From Hyphomicrobiales bacterium (GTDB lineage: Bacteria > Pseudomonadota > Alphaproteobacteria > Rhizobiales > CAJQND01), in NCBI GenBank assembly GCA_051010055.1, contig JBPCVY010000124.1, positions 1 through 52,192 of the forward strand: a DNA stretch of 52,192 nucleotides. The letters are read 5' to 3'. The first letter of the stretch is position 1; the number at the start of each line of letters is the position of its first letter. The notes under the pieces are model-generated. The model ran no database searches, had not been told where the DNA came from, and saw only the letters and a list, made by a program, of their open reading frames with translations. The position numbers and the translations under genes were made by a program. Below are positions 10,279 through 20,668 of the stretch, one piece after another.

Positions 10279-10455
10279 CGGCAATATTCTGGCTGTATTT
10301 TCAGCGCTTTGCCAGAGGCATTTACCTTGGTTCAGGATTCATCAATGAGTCCTGCCCCCAACACTGCCATGTGACTTGACGAGGCAACTCCGGCAAGGTC
10401 TATTGCAATCAAGAAAACACCTCAAAAAGGTGAAACAAGGGGCTGGCGAGCTTTG

Positions 10456-11172
10456 ATGTTGGTTAAAACACTGGAAATTAAATCGGCCCGCGAAATACTG
10501 AATGCCGTTATTTTCGCGAGCGCGGTTTCTTCTTTCGTTTGCATGTCAGCAGTTGCGTATTCGGCACCAAATGTCAGCACTAAGTTCAAAAGTTACTCAG
10601 TTCCGGGCAGCTCGGCCCAGCAGTTGTTTTCGCATATGAGCCGTTATGGCCCGCATGCCAATGGTTCACCGGCACTGGCAACAACAGCGGCCAGCTTCTC
10701 CCATTCCGCAAAGCTTGATCAGGGGCGCAATTGTCGGCTTCGCAATTACAAGGTCAATATGTCGTTTGTGATTACCCTGCCGAAGGCACGCAATCAGGCG
10801 GCAATGTCGAAGCCCTTGCGCAAGCGGTGGAAACAATTTGCTTCTCACGCCCGTTGGCACGAACTGCAGCACAAGGCTATTTGGGTAACATGCGCAAAGC
10901 GGATTGAAAGTAAAGTGCGCCGGATCGGAAGCCAGCCTTCATGCAATGTGGCATGGGTCAAGGCACGGGCGATCGCAAATGCAGAACTTGCCCGCTGCGA
11001 TGGATTGCACGCTGCATTCGATAATAAGGAATCAACCAGGGCGGCCAGCCTGCCGCTCATCAAGCAGGCCCTGCGCCCGGCAAAGAGCAGTCAGAAATCA
11101 AAAGCTGCCACGCGCCGGCGTGTTTCGTATAAGCAACAAAACAGCCGGCGCCTTGGCAAAATGTACGACTGA
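10456..11172 (+). CDS. DUF922-family putative secreted Zn-dependent protease
   Basis: Signal peptide, ITLPK, W..F......HELQH (HExxH), H..FD. Confidence 0.8.
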   Translation: MLVKTLEIKSAREILNAVIFASAVSSFVCMSAVAYSAPNVSTKFKSYSVPGSSAQQLFSHMSRYGPHANGSPALATTAASFSHSAKLDQGRNCRLRNYKVNMSFVITLPKARNQAAMSKPLRKRWKQFASHARWHELQHKAIWVTCAKRIESKVRRIGSQPSCNVAWVKARAIANAELARCDGLHAAFDNKESTRAASLPLIKQALRPAKSSQKSKAATRRRVSYKQQNSRRLGKMYD

Positions 11173-11181
11173 GCCAACCGG

Positions 11182-12870
11182 TTAACGGATCAGACCAAGG
11201 CTTTCCAATTTCAGCAACACCTGATGAGCCGCCTCATCCGGCTTAATCGAGACTGTGTCGATACGCAACTCTGGATTTTCCGGCACTTCATAAGGATCAT
11301 CGATACCTGTGAAACCTTTCAACAGGCCGGCTCTTGCCTTGGCATAAAGGCCCTTGCGATCGCGCTCTTCACACACTTCAATTGGCGTCGAAACATGCAC
11401 TTCAACGTAAGCGCCTACCGGCTGGATGGTATCGCGCACCTGGCGGCGGGTAGCTCCATACGGCGCAATCGGCGCACAAATTGCAATGCCGCGGTTCTTG
11501 GTGATTTCACCGGCCACAAAGCCAATACGGACAATATTGAGATCGCGGTGCTCTTTGGAGAATGACAGCTCAGAAGAAAGGTTCTTGCGGACAATATCAC
11601 CATCAAGAAGCGTCACCGGCCGGTCGCCCATTTCCATTAGTTTCACCATAAGAGCATTGGCAACGGTCGATTTTCCTGAGCCGGACAATCCGGTGAAGAA
11701 AACCGTAAAGCCCTGCTGGTGGCGCGGCGGATGGGTGCGGCGCAAGGCGGTGATCACTTCGGGTGGTGAGAACCAGTCCGGAATATCGAGACCTTCCTGC
11801 AGACGACGGCGCAACTCGGTTCCGGAAATGTTGAGCGTGTTCTCATTTTCGTTCAGCTCATCGACAGGCACATACTGGGCCCGGTCCTGGCTGAACACCA
11901 TCATTTTGAACGGCACCATTTCGATGCCGATTTCTTCCTGATGCTCGGCCACAAGTTCCTGGGCATCATATGGGCCGTAAAACTGCTCACCGTTGGAATC
12001 AACACCTGGACCGGCATGGTCTCGGCCAACAATAAGGTGGGTACAGCCATAGTTCTTGCGGATGATCGCGTGCCAAAGCGCCTCACGCGGCCCGCCCATG
12101 CGCATGGCAAGGTGCAACAAGCTCATAAACGTGGTTTGCTCAGGGTATGAATCCATGATCGCTTCATAGCAGCGCACGCGGGTGAAATGATCCACATCGC
12201 CCGGCTTAGTGAGGCCAACAACCGGGTGAAGCAGAAGGTTGGCCTGGTTCTCCTTGGCCGCTCTCAGCGTCAGCTCCTGGTGAGCACGGTGCAGCGGGTT
12301 ACGCGTCTGGAACGCAACCACTTTGTACCAGCCCCACTTTTCAAGCAGGGCGCGCAATTCGTTCGGCGTGTGCCGGTGCTGGCGGTAGTCATAGTGGGTT
12401 GGGGCTTCAACACCGCGCAAGGTGCCACCAGTACAAACGGGCCCGGCAATGTTCTTCAGGTAATGAACTGCAGGGTGCTTTTCATCATTGGTGCCGAAAA
12501 CCTGTTCGGCCTCTTTCGCCTTGTCCGGGCTCCAAACATCGCTGACGTCCAGGAGCGCAATCAGAACACCTTCGGCATCGCGCAAAGCCAGGCTGTCGCC
12601 TTCTGCAACTTCTGCCGCAAACTCCTCGCTTACATCCAGGGTTACCGGCATAGGCCACAATGCGCCGTCTGCGAGCCGCAAATTGCTACACACATTTTCG
12701 TAGTCGGCTTTGCCGAGAAATCCGGTAAGAGGTGAAAATGCGCCGTTCAAAATCATCTCGATATCACAGAGCTGACGCTCCGTCAGATTCCAGGATTTTA
12801 GAGTTTTCGCCTGCGCACGAGCGGCATCGGCCTGGGCTTCAGGCAAATAGAGTTCTGTGACCTTTTCCAT
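11182..12870 (-). CDS. sat: Bifunctional sulfate adenylyltransferase / adenylyl-sulfate kinase (Sat-CysC fusion)
   Basis: FQTRNPLHRAH, VGRDHAG, then APS kinase GLSGSGKST, LDGD, FTGIDDPYE; start placed at ATG 12870. Confidence 0.95.
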   Translation of the reverse strand: MEKVTELYLPEAQADAARAQAKTLKSWNLTERQLCDIEMILNGAFSPLTGFLGKADYENVCSNLRLADGALWPMPVTLDVSEEFAAEVAEGDSLALRDAEGVLIALLDVSDVWSPDKAKEAEQVFGTNDEKHPAVHYLKNIAGPVCTGGTLRGVEAPTHYDYRQHRHTPNELRALLEKWGWYKVVAFQTRNPLHRAHQELTLRAAKENQANLLLHPVVGLTKPGDVDHFTRVRCYEAIMDSYPEQTTFMSLLHLAMRMGGPREALWHAIIRKNYGCTHLIVGRDHAGPGVDSNGEQFYGPYDAQELVAEHQEEIGIEMVPFKMMVFSQDRAQYVPVDELNENENTLNISGTELRRRLQEGLDIPDWFSPPEVITALRRTHPPRHQQGFTVFFTGLSGSGKSTVANALMVKLMEMGDRPVTLLDGDIVRKNLSSELSFSKEHRDLNIVRIGFVAGEITKNRGIAICAPIAPYGATRRQVRDTIQPVGAYVEVHVSTPIEVCEERDRKGLYAKARAGLLKGFTGIDDPYEVPENPELRIDTVSIKPDEAAHQVLLKLESLGLIR

Positions 12871-12965
12871 CAAGAATAAGCTTTCAATTAAAAGTGAGAA
12901 ATTATCGCCGTGCGATAGTGCAAAGCGCAAGCGCGGTCAAGGGATGGGGCACAAAGGTACGCAAT

Positions 12966-13862
12966 TTATGGCCACTTTACCTCCGGCGGCATGGAAGAAA
13001 GGATGGAATCCACGTTTCCGCCAGTTTTGAGGCCGAACAATGTGCCGCGATCATAAAGAAGATTGAATTCCACATACCGCCCGCGCCGGATGAGCTGCTC
13101 TTCGCGCTCAGCATCGGTCCAGGGGGCATGGAAATTGGCCCTGACCAGCTGCGGGTAAATATCGCGGAAAGCACGGCCCACATCCTGTGTAAACGCAAAG
13201 TCTTCATGCCAGTTGCCGCTGTCGAGATAGTCGTAGAAGATACCGCCGATGCCGCGCATTTCATCGCGGTGTGGCAGGTAGAAATATTCATCACACCATT
13301 TTTTGTAGTGATCATAGTCAGCGCAGGCGTGAACCTCGCAAGGGGCTTTCATGGCAGCATGAAAGGCGATTGTATCGGGATCGTCTTGCGTGCGCCGGGC
13401 ATCAAGTACAGGTGTCAAATCGGCGCCGCCGCCAAACCAGGATTTTGTCGTCACCACAAACCGGGTGTTCATGTGCACCGCCGGCACATTGGGGTTCCAC
13501 ATGTGGGCAATGAGGGAGATACCTGATGCCCAAAAGCGCGGGTCATCTTCTGCGCCTGGAATGTTCTTGCGGAACTCTTCGGAAAACTCACCATGAACGG
13601 TAGACGTGTGCACGCCCACTTTTTCAAAAACGCGGCCATTCATGATGGACATGACGCCGCCACCACCTTTGCCCTCATCGCGCTGCCAGGACGTGCGTAC
13701 AAACCGGCCAGGTTCCTTCCCTGCCATTTCGGTTTCGCTGAGCTCATCTTCCAGCGCTTCGAATGATGCGCAGATGTCGTCACGCAGTTTTTCGAACCAG
13801 GCGCGCGTTTGCTCTTTCTCCGGCTCCAGCAGGGTGTGGATATCGTCTTTGGTGTCGCTCAT
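12966..13862 (-). CDS. hemF: Oxygen-dependent coproporphyrinogen III oxidase
   Basis: [34 protein letters not shown]. Confidence 0.97.
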   Translation of the reverse strand: MSDTKDDIHTLLEPEKEQTRAWFEKLRDDICASFEALEDELSETEMAGKEPGRFVRTSWQRDEGKGGGGVMSIMNGRVFEKVGVHTSTVHGEFSEEFRKNIPGAEDDPRFWASGISLIAHMWNPNVPAVHMNTRFVVTTKSWFGGGADLTPVLDARRTQDDPDTIAFHAAMKAPCEVHACADYDHYKKWCDEYFYLPHRDEMRGIGGIFYDYLDSGNWHEDFAFTQDVGRAFRDIYPQLVRANFHAPWTDAEREEQLIRRGRYVEFNLLYDRGTLFGLKTGGNVDSILSSMPPEVKWP

Positions 13863-13921
13863 GGCCTTCCGTGTAGCTTATGCGCCTTTGGCGGGAAAGC
13901 CGTTCGTTTGCCGCAGGCCCA

Positions 13922-14635
13922 CTACGCTTTCACCACAAGCGCCTGAATACTGGAGAGCTCGATGACATTTTCAGGCCGCGTTGAAAAGAATTCGTCAAAC
14001 GCTCTGCGTGCGCCCGGACAGGAAAACGAACCGTAGTCATCGCAAATAATGACACCGCGCGGCGGCATGCGGTCATAAACGAATTTCAGTGTGTCCAACG
14101 TCGGCTGATAGAGATCGACATCAATGTGCGCCAGGCAAAAGGTTTTGTCTTCAACTTCGTGAAACCGCTCCGGTATCCAGCCTTTGTGAACAACCACCTT
14201 GTCGGCAAGTCCGGCTATGTTCTTCTTGAATTCATCAACACCAACTGCCAGATCGTGCTTTGACCAAAGAGCTTCACCGCCCTCATCCAACACTATGTCT
14301 TCCTGGCCAGGTTCAGAAAGGCCCTCAAAGCTGTCGAAAACGTGGAGCTTTTTGGCGCTGTCCATTCCAAACCCGTCCAGTATGAACCTCGTCGAGCGGC
14401 CATACCGGGAGCCACACTCGATGATGTCGCCTTCCACATCGCGGAGGGATTGCGCCAACCTGAACAGGATAAAACAGCGGTCAACGGGGTACTTCGTTAC
14501 GCCGTCGGCCTCAATCCTTTGCCTTGCTGCAACAAATTCCGGATGCCGCGGCCACACAGCAGTGCGCGTGTAGACTTCCATGTCCAGCGCCTGCAAAGCC
14601 CTCTTTACGATTTTGTGTAGCCGTTTCCCAGCCAT
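13922..14635 (-). CDS. TylF/MycF/NovP-family O-methyltransferase
   Basis: EGDIIECG, FDSFEGL, HIDVDLY, IICDDYG motifs. Confidence 0.9.
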   Translation of the reverse strand: MAGKRLHKIVKRALQALDMEVYTRTAVWPRHPEFVAARQRIEADGVTKYPVDRCFILFRLAQSLRDVEGDIIECGSRYGRSTRFILDGFGMDSAKKLHVFDSFEGLSEPGQEDIVLDEGGEALWSKHDLAVGVDEFKKNIAGLADKVVVHKGWIPERFHEVEDKTFCLAHIDVDLYQPTLDTLKFVYDRMPPRGVIICDDYGSFSCPGARRAFDEFFSTRPENVIELSSIQALVVKA

Positions 14636-14688
14636 TCACACCGTCTCCCAGCAAATTCGAGTTCTGAAATTACCTCTTTAGATGGGAT

Positions 14689-15147
14689 TTACACTTTCGG
14701 AAAGCCTTCTGTTTGACGCAAAGCATCCCCAAGTACCATTGCCGCGCACACCGCCACATTGAGCGAGCGGGCAGGCGGGCTCATTGGCACTTTCACCCGG
14801 TGGTGGCAGCGCTCATGCACGTCGTCTGGAAGCCCGGCGCTTTCCCTGCCAAGGAGAAGACAATCGCCCGGTTCAAACTTGAAATCAGTATAGTTTGTGG
14901 CGGCTTTGGTTGTCAGGGCAATGAGGCGGCTTTCACCCAACTCGCCCAGGAATGCCTCGAACGTTGCATGCCTTTCCACATCAACCTGGGTGAGATAATC
15001 CATGCCGGAACGCCTGAAACTCTTCTGCGACCAGACAAAACCTGCAGGTTCTATAATATGCGCCTTCACCGACAAGCAGGCAGCAAGGCGCATTATCGTT
15101 CCCGCATTTTGCGGAATGTCAGGCTGATAAAGAACGAGTGAAACCAC
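14689..15147 (-). CDS. trmL: tRNA (cytidine/uridine-34 2'-O)-methyltransferase
   Basis: YQPDIPQNAG, RRSGMDY, GRESAGLP, RSLNVA SPOUT motifs. Confidence 0.95.
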   Translation of the reverse strand: MVSLVLYQPDIPQNAGTIMRLAACLSVKAHIIEPAGFVWSQKSFRRSGMDYLTQVDVERHATFEAFLGELGESRLIALTTKAATNYTDFKFEPGDCLLLGRESAGLPDDVHERCHHRVKVPMSPPARSLNVAVCAAMVLGDALRQTEGFPKV

Positions 15148-15186
15148 GGAGAAGACCTAAACTAACGAATTTCAGCGGAACAGATA

Positions 15187-15975
15187 TCAGATCCAGCCGC
15201 GTGGCGCTTCGATATTGATGGTCAATGTCTTGCGCAATGTGGACGCATCCGGCGCGGTAATCGGCTTTACCGAATGCCATGAATTATAGGTTTTCACAAA
15301 AATCAAACACTGATTGGCATCGAACTGAAACGATTCCAGTTCGTTCACTTCGTCAAACTCCAAATATGAATTGGCAAAATTGTATGTGCGCGTGGGGTCC
15401 TTTGGCCAAACGACAGCGGTGTCTCCGCCATACTCTTTCTTCCATTTGCCGGGCTCTACCATGGCCAGCACGAGGGTTATGAACTTTGTCGGCGCGTCCG
15501 TGTGCGGCCTGATCGATCCGCCATCGCCGGGCAGAATTGAAAATTCGAAGCGGGAGCGAAGCGGCGATACCCGGCTGCCCAGCAATGCCGCCCCGCGATA
15601 GGCTTCCTTGAGCCTGGAGAGCAAGTTAAGGCTGGGTTTGTTGGTGACAACACAATTCTTCCGGAACCCCAGATCGACATTCTTTTTGATCAGCCAATCC
15701 AGAACACCGTGAATGAACTGCTCGCTTTTGACCTCTTCGTGAACCCGCTTCCAAATCGGAACAGAGGTTACGACGTCTTTATACTCGCGTGCGTTGTTGA
15801 CTTCGGAAAGGGAGTATTTGTGGCCCAGATTCGGCATATAGAGAAACCGTTCCGTTTCGGGCCAACTTTCGAGCATTTCAGAGTAAATTTCCGGCGACAA
15901 GACATTCTTCGCCATGGCGATCGGATAGGGTTCATATCTGAATGTGGAATCGCTGAAATCGAACAAGCTTTGCAT
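15187..15975 (-). CDS. 2OG-Fe(II) oxygenase superfamily protein
   Basis: HTD...SWHSV...RKTLTINI facial triad and 2OG-binding Arg; N-terminal EPYP. Confidence 0.8.
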   Translation of the reverse strand: MQSLFDFSDSTFRYEPYPIAMAKNVLSPEIYSEMLESWPETERFLYMPNLGHKYSLSEVNNAREYKDVVTSVPIWKRVHEEVKSEQFIHGVLDWLIKKNVDLGFRKNCVVTNKPSLNLLSRLKEAYRGAALLGSRVSPLRSRFEFSILPGDGGSIRPHTDAPTKFITLVLAMVEPGKWKKEYGGDTAVVWPKDPTRTYNFANSYLEFDEVNELESFQFDANQCLIFVKTYNSWHSVKPITAPDASTLRKTLTINIEAPRGWI

Positions 15976-16002
15976 CTTCTTCCCTTTAGGGCCTGTAGCG
16001 GT

Positions 16003-16845
16003 TCACGCCGCACCCGGCACGTAGACCGCATTGTGAGCAATACCTAAAGGATCACCCCCGTTTTTCAGCAGCTTCTTGCCGCGGTGGGTGTAGTGGCGCT
16101 CGCCCAGCTGAAATCCATACTCATCCATGAACGCGTTTACATCAGGCGCACTGTCGTGATTGATTTCAACTTGCAATGACCTGGGGCGGGACTTGCCCGA
16201 AAGCACTCCCTTCATGCCCTTGAGCACCAATAGCTCGTTTCCATCCACATCAATTTTCACATGATCGGGAGTGCGCACAACCCCTTGTTTAACAAGGGAA
16301 TCAAGCGTGCAGGCATATTTGAGTTCCGAAATAACCGGCTCAAATTCCTCGCCGTCTCCATCAATGGTCGAGGAAAGCTGGCTCATGGAGGAGCCTGCCG
16401 TAATCTGGCGCAAATTGAAGTCCAAAAACCCTTCCGTATCGTTGAGTGCACACGAAAGAATTTTCACCCTGTCGCTCATCTTGTTGAGCATGACATTGTT
16501 CATCAGTGCTGCGGAATTTGCCGGGTGGGGCTCGAACGCAGCAACCTGCCCGCCTGGGCCCACCTTGTCGGCGGCAAATATTGTGTAGAGGCCGATATTT
16601 GCGCCAACATCATGGAAAACGTCACCCTCGCACAAATTGTCCCGCAGCCACGCAATTGTTCCTTCTTCCTTGAGAAACAATGTGGTTGCCCGCTTGTACT
16701 CAGTGTAGGTGTTGCACAAGAAGCTGTAGCGCTCGTTTTCGTCGCCTACCGAGATTTCCGATGACAGTAAGTTTGCAAGCTGCGCCCGCGCCGCGAACAT
16801 TTGCCTGTTCAAGAACGAAGGCCAGTTTTTCCCAGAAACATGCAT
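16003..16845 (-). CDS. FkbM-family methyltransferase
   Basis: DVGANIG, AFEP, KIDVDGNELLVLKG. Confidence 0.9.
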   Translation of the reverse strand: MHVSGKNWPSFLNRQMFAARAQLANLLSSEISVGDENERYSFLCNTYTEYKRATTLFLKEEGTIAWLRDNLCEGDVFHDVGANIGLYTIFAADKVGPGGQVAAFEPHPANSAALMNNVMLNKMSDRVKILSCALNDTEGFLDFNLRQITAGSSMSQLSSTIDGDGEEFEPVISELKYACTLDSLVKQGVVRTPDHVKIDVDGNELLVLKGMKGVLSGKSRPRSLQVEINHDSAPDVNAFMDEYGFQLGERHYTHRGKKLLKNGGDPLGIAHNAVYVPGAA

Positions 16846-16869
16846 ATCGGCAACCTATTGAAATCGATT

Positions 16870-17649
16870 TTAACTGTCTAGCTTTGTTGCACCGTTCGCA
16901 AACAGGAACGTGCAACGCTTTTTCATCCGGGCAGCCGTCATGCGAAAGCCAGCTTCGGCCAGGAGAGTAGAGACCGCAGCGAGAGTATTTTCCTGGACCG
17001 TGCCGCGCTCATAGCTGCAATCGACGGAAACAAAGTCTGTTCTGGCCAACATTCTAGTAGCACCTTTCAGCACCTCGGGCTCTGCTCCTTCTGCCTCAAC
17101 CTTCAGCAATTTAATCTTCTTCACATCATGATTTTTACAATAATCATCAAGAGTTATAGCCGGTACTTCTGATACAGAATCAAATTCGCTAATTTCAAAA
17201 ACGCTGCTGTCTGCGGTGTTGGTCTTGTTGTGGAACTTCAAAACCGTGTTCTCATGCCAAAGGCATTTGCGGTTGGTTTTCCCCGCCCCGTCAAATGCAT
17301 TGAGGTCGCAGGCATTCGCTGCCGTTTCATCCGGTTCGAAGGCGTGATAGCCAGCACCGCGCGCCGCCGCCCAGATAGAAAGTTCACCGGCATTTGCGCC
17401 GCAATCTATGAACACGTCATCCGGCGCAATCTCCACCTGCGGCAGATTATAGTTCACCGCCAGTTTTTCGATGGTTGGGCCAATACCCCTCTTGTAGCGC
17501 CAGTTGCGCCGGTGGTGGGGCACGTAAAGCCGGGTGCCATTTTCTTCCACAAAGTACAATTGTGCCGCTGCGTCATGGCGAAGACGCACCGGCCTCAAAA
17601 GGAGGAAATTGGCGATGTTGTAGCCTAATGCAACCAGTTTAGGATTCAT
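16870..17649 (-). CDS. FkbM-family methyltransferase
   Basis: DCGANAG, AFEPD, TLDD, KVEAEGAEPEVLKG. Confidence 0.9.
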   Translation of the reverse strand: MNPKLVALGYNIANFLLLRPVRLRHDAAAQLYFVEENGTRLYVPHHRRNWRYKRGIGPTIEKLAVNYNLPQVEIAPDDVFIDCGANAGELSIWAAARGAGYHAFEPDETAANACDLNAFDGAGKTNRKCLWHENTVLKFHNKTNTADSSVFEISEFDSVSEVPAITLDDYCKNHDVKKIKLLKVEAEGAEPEVLKGATRMLARTDFVSVDCSYERGTVQENTLAAVSTLLAEAGFRMTAARMKKRCTFLFANGATKLDS

Positions 17650-17871
17650 TGGATGCTCTTACATCGGGAAGACGGACAAGCGCAAGACTGCGGCACCTTG
17701 CCCTATTCATTCAACAAGGCCAATCACTGGACATTCGTTACGCACAGTGTAAAAACAACCGGCGGGATTCATGGGCGGCGATCTGCATCCAATTTGCCAT
17801 TCCAGGCAGCAGTTGCAGGCACGTTTTCATGATATTTGAAAGAATTTTAGCCTGGAAAAGAGGAATACACC

Positions 17872-18432
17872 GTGGCGACCATGGATAGTAATGAAACCAA
17901 CCGGCGCGATTTTCTGTATATCGCAACCGGCGCGGTCGGAGTGACAGGCGCGGCCTTGGCCATGTGGCCACTGGTTGACCAGATGAATCCGGATGCGTCA
18001 GTGAAGGCGCTGTCATCTGTTGAAGTAGACCTGGCGCCCATTGAAGAAGGGCAATCGGTCACAATCAAATGGCGCGGCAATCCGGTATTTATACGTCACC
18101 GTACTGCCAAGGAAATTGAGGAATCAAAGAGCGTGCCGCTCGATCAGTTGCCTGATCCAATCGCCCGCAACGACAACGTTGCAACAGACGCTCCGGCCAC
18201 AGACGAAAACCGCGTGGTTGATGGCAAAGAGAAGTTCCTGGTGATGCTTGGTGTGTGTACCCATCTGGGCTGCGTGCCGATTGGCGATGCCGGTGAATAT
18301 GATGGCTGGTTCTGCCCGTGCCACGGCTCCCACTACGACACGTCGGGGCGTATTCGCAAAGGCCCAGCGCCGACTAACCTGCTGGTGCCTGAATACACCT
18401 ACATTTCCGACACCAAAATCAAGATCGGCTAA
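17872..18432 (+). CDS. petA: Ubiquinol-cytochrome c reductase Rieske Fe-S subunit
   Basis: RRDFL Tat motif, CTHLGC and CPCHGS boxes. Confidence 0.98.
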   Translation: MATMDSNETNRRDFLYIATGAVGVTGAALAMWPLVDQMNPDASVKALSSVEVDLAPIEEGQSVTIKWRGNPVFIRHRTAKEIEESKSVPLDQLPDPIARNDNVATDAPATDENRVVDGKEKFLVMLGVCTHLGCVPIGDAGEYDGWFCPCHGSHYDTSGRIRKGPAPTNLLVPEYTYISDTKIKIG

Positions 18433-18443
18433 GGGAGATAGCT

Positions 18444-19703
18444 ATGTCAGGACATTCGACCTATCAGCCGACGAACCCTATTGCAAAATGGTTCGACAAG
18501 CAGTTGCCGCTGCTTTCCATGACACACGAGTTCATGACGTTTCCAACGCCGAAGAACCTCAACTATCTGTGGACCTTTGGCGCAATTTTGACAATCTGCC
18601 TGATGATCCAGATCCTCACCGGCATTGTTCTGGTGATGCACTATACGCCGCATGTCAGCATGGCGTTCGATTCGGTCGAGCACATCATGCGTGATGTGAA
18701 CTATGGCTGGATGATCCGCTATATTCACGCTGTGGGCGCTTCGATGTTCTTCATCGCCGTCTACATTCACATGCTGCGCGGGCTCTATTACGGCTCTTAC
18801 AAGGCGCCGCGCGAGATTCTCTGGATTCTCGGCGTTATCATCTACATTCTGATGATGGCCGCCGGGTTTATGGGCTACGTGCTCCCATGGGGCCAGATGA
18901 GCTTCTGGGGCGCGAAGGTGATCACCAACCTGTTCTCGGCCATTCCGTTCATCGGCGATGCTGTGGTGACGTGGCTGTGGGGTGGTTTCTCGGTGGACAA
19001 TCCGACCCTTAACCGCTTCTTCTCGCTGCACTACTTGTTGCCATTCATGATCCTCGGCGTGGTGGGCCTTCACATCTGGGCGCTGCACGTTCCCGGAAAC
19101 AACAATCCGACGGGTGTTTCGGTGAAGTCCGGTCAGGACACGGTGCCTTTCCATCCATATATGACCATGAAAGACGCATTTGCTGCGATGTGCTTCCTCA
19201 TCGTGTTCGCGTTCTTCGTGTTCTATCAGCCGAACTATCTCGGCCACCCGATCAACTACGAACCTGCTGACCCACTGGTAACCCCGGCTCATATCGTGCC
19301 GGAATGGTATTACCTGCCCTTCTACGCCATCTTGCGGTCCATTCCGGACAAGTTGATGGGTGTGATCGCCATGTTCGGAGCCATCGGCATTCTTTTCTTC
19401 CTGCCCTGGCTCGACACCTCCAAGGTGCGTTCAGGCAGCTACCGGCCGATTTTCCAGGTGTTCTTCTGGCTTTTCGTAATTGTTTGCCTATTGCTTGGCT
19501 ATGCCGGTTCGCAGCCTGCAGAAGGCAAATGGCTGCTGATTGCCCAACTTGGCACGGCTTATTACTTCCTGTTCTTCCTGGTCATCCTGCCGGTTGTCGG
19601 GCTTATTGAAAGTCCAAAACCAAGACCGGCCTCCATATCGGAAGACGTGCTCGCCAAGCGATCGCAAAAACAGGCCGATGCCGCGCCACAGGCGGCAGAG
19701 TGA
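18444..19703 (+). CDS. petB: Cytochrome b
   Basis: [14 protein letters not shown], heme-ligating His residues. Confidence 0.98.
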   Translation: MSGHSTYQPTNPIAKWFDKQLPLLSMTHEFMTFPTPKNLNYLWTFGAILTICLMIQILTGIVLVMHYTPHVSMAFDSVEHIMRDVNYGWMIRYIHAVGASMFFIAVYIHMLRGLYYGSYKAPREILWILGVIIYILMMAAGFMGYVLPWGQMSFWGAKVITNLFSAIPFIGDAVVTWLWGGFSVDNPTLNRFFSLHYLLPFMILGVVGLHIWALHVPGNNNPTGVSVKSGQDTVPFHPYMTMKDAFAAMCFLIVFAFFVFYQPNYLGHPINYEPADPLVTPAHIVPEWYYLPFYAILRSIPDKLMGVIAMFGAIGILFFLPWLDTSKVRSGSYRPIFQVFFWLFVIVCLLLGYAGSQPAEGKWLLIAQLGTAYYFLFFLVILPVVGLIESPKPRPASISEDVLAKRSQKQADAAPQAAE

Positions 19704-19735
19704 TGATGGCAAACCGCGAATTTAGGAAAAAAGTG

Positions 19736-20557
19736 ATGAAATCAATCTCCAAACTCATCGCCGCCGCGGGCATTGCCGTCGTTGCAGTCACCGGCCCGGC
19801 CCTTGCTGCCGGCGAAGTTAAACCCGCCAAAGACGTGGCCTTCTCATTTGAAGGCCCGTTCGGCACATTTGACCGTGGACAGCTGCAACGCGGATATCAG
19901 GTCTACACCGAAGTGTGTGCGGCCTGTCACTCCATGCGCCTTCTGGCCTACCGCAACCTGGGCGAGCCTGGTGGACCAGAATTCCCTGAAGAGCAGGTCA
20001 AGGCAATTGCGGCATCGGTGGAAGTTGAAGCCGGCCCTAACGATGAAGGCGACATGTTCGAGCGCCCCGGTATTCCGGCCGACCGTTTTGTATCGCCTTT
20101 TCCGAACGCCAATGCGGCACGCGCAGCAAGCGATGGCGCTTACCCGCCTGACCTTTCGCTGATCGCAAAAGCCCGTGCCGGTTTCCACGGCATTATTACG
20201 CAGCTGGTAAAGGGCTCAGGCGGCGCGGAATATGTTTATTCTGTTCTTACCGGATATGAAGACCCGGCAGGTCATGGCGGTGAAGAGGCTCCGGAAGGTA
20301 AACACTACAACCCCTATTCCGAGCTTGGCCCATGGATTTCAATGGCGCCGCCGCTCAGCGACGACCAGGTTGAGTATTCCGACGGCACGCCGGCAACTGT
20401 TGATCAAATGTCAAAAGACGTCTCCGCATATCTCATGTGGGCCGCTGAACCAACCATGGAAGCGCGCAAAAGCATGGGCCTTCGGGTTATGATCTTTTTG
20501 ATCATTCTTGGCTTCCTGCTTTACCTGACGAAAAAGAAAATCTGGCGCGACGTCTAA
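19736..20557 (+). CDS. petC: Cytochrome c1
   Basis: CAACH, PPDLS, MAPPL, C-terminal TM anchor; start placed at ATG 19736 after aggaaa. Confidence 0.97.
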   Translation: MKSISKLIAAAGIAVVAVTGPALAAGEVKPAKDVAFSFEGPFGTFDRGQLQRGYQVYTEVCAACHSMRLLAYRNLGEPGGPEFPEEQVKAIAASVEVEAGPNDEGDMFERPGIPADRFVSPFPNANAARAASDGAYPPDLSLIAKARAGFHGIITQLVKGSGGAEYVYSVLTGYEDPAGHGGEEAPEGKHYNPYSELGPWISMAPPLSDDQVEYSDGTPATVDQMSKDVSAYLMWAAEPTMEARKSMGLRVMIFLIILGFLLYLTKKKIWRDV

Positions 20558-20581
20558 AACTCGTCCAGAATTCGAACCAAC

Positions 20582-20611
20582 AAGGACCCGCCTCATGGCG
20601 GGTTCTTTTTT
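20582..20611 (+). terminator. Rho-independent terminator of petABC
   Basis: aaggacccgcc-tcat-ggcgggttctt stem followed by T run. Confidence 0.88.
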
Positions 20612-20668
20612 GATTGCACCAGGCATTCGTGCAGACATAAATAACGCAATTGAAAAAAGGGGGACGCA

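Noticed and set aside
17689-17704. RegR/PrrA-like box (gcggc-N5-gccct) upstream of petA
   Set aside because: The second half-site is a poor match and GC-rich words are common here; not supportable without a PWM.
18447-19292. 281-aa antisense ORF over petB (similarly 12894-13526 over hemF, 26455-27087 over rplY, 39252-39938 over ilvE, 46096-46929 over the CoxL-like gene)
   Set aside because: Shadow ORFs produced by codon bias of GC-rich genes; no motifs recognised.
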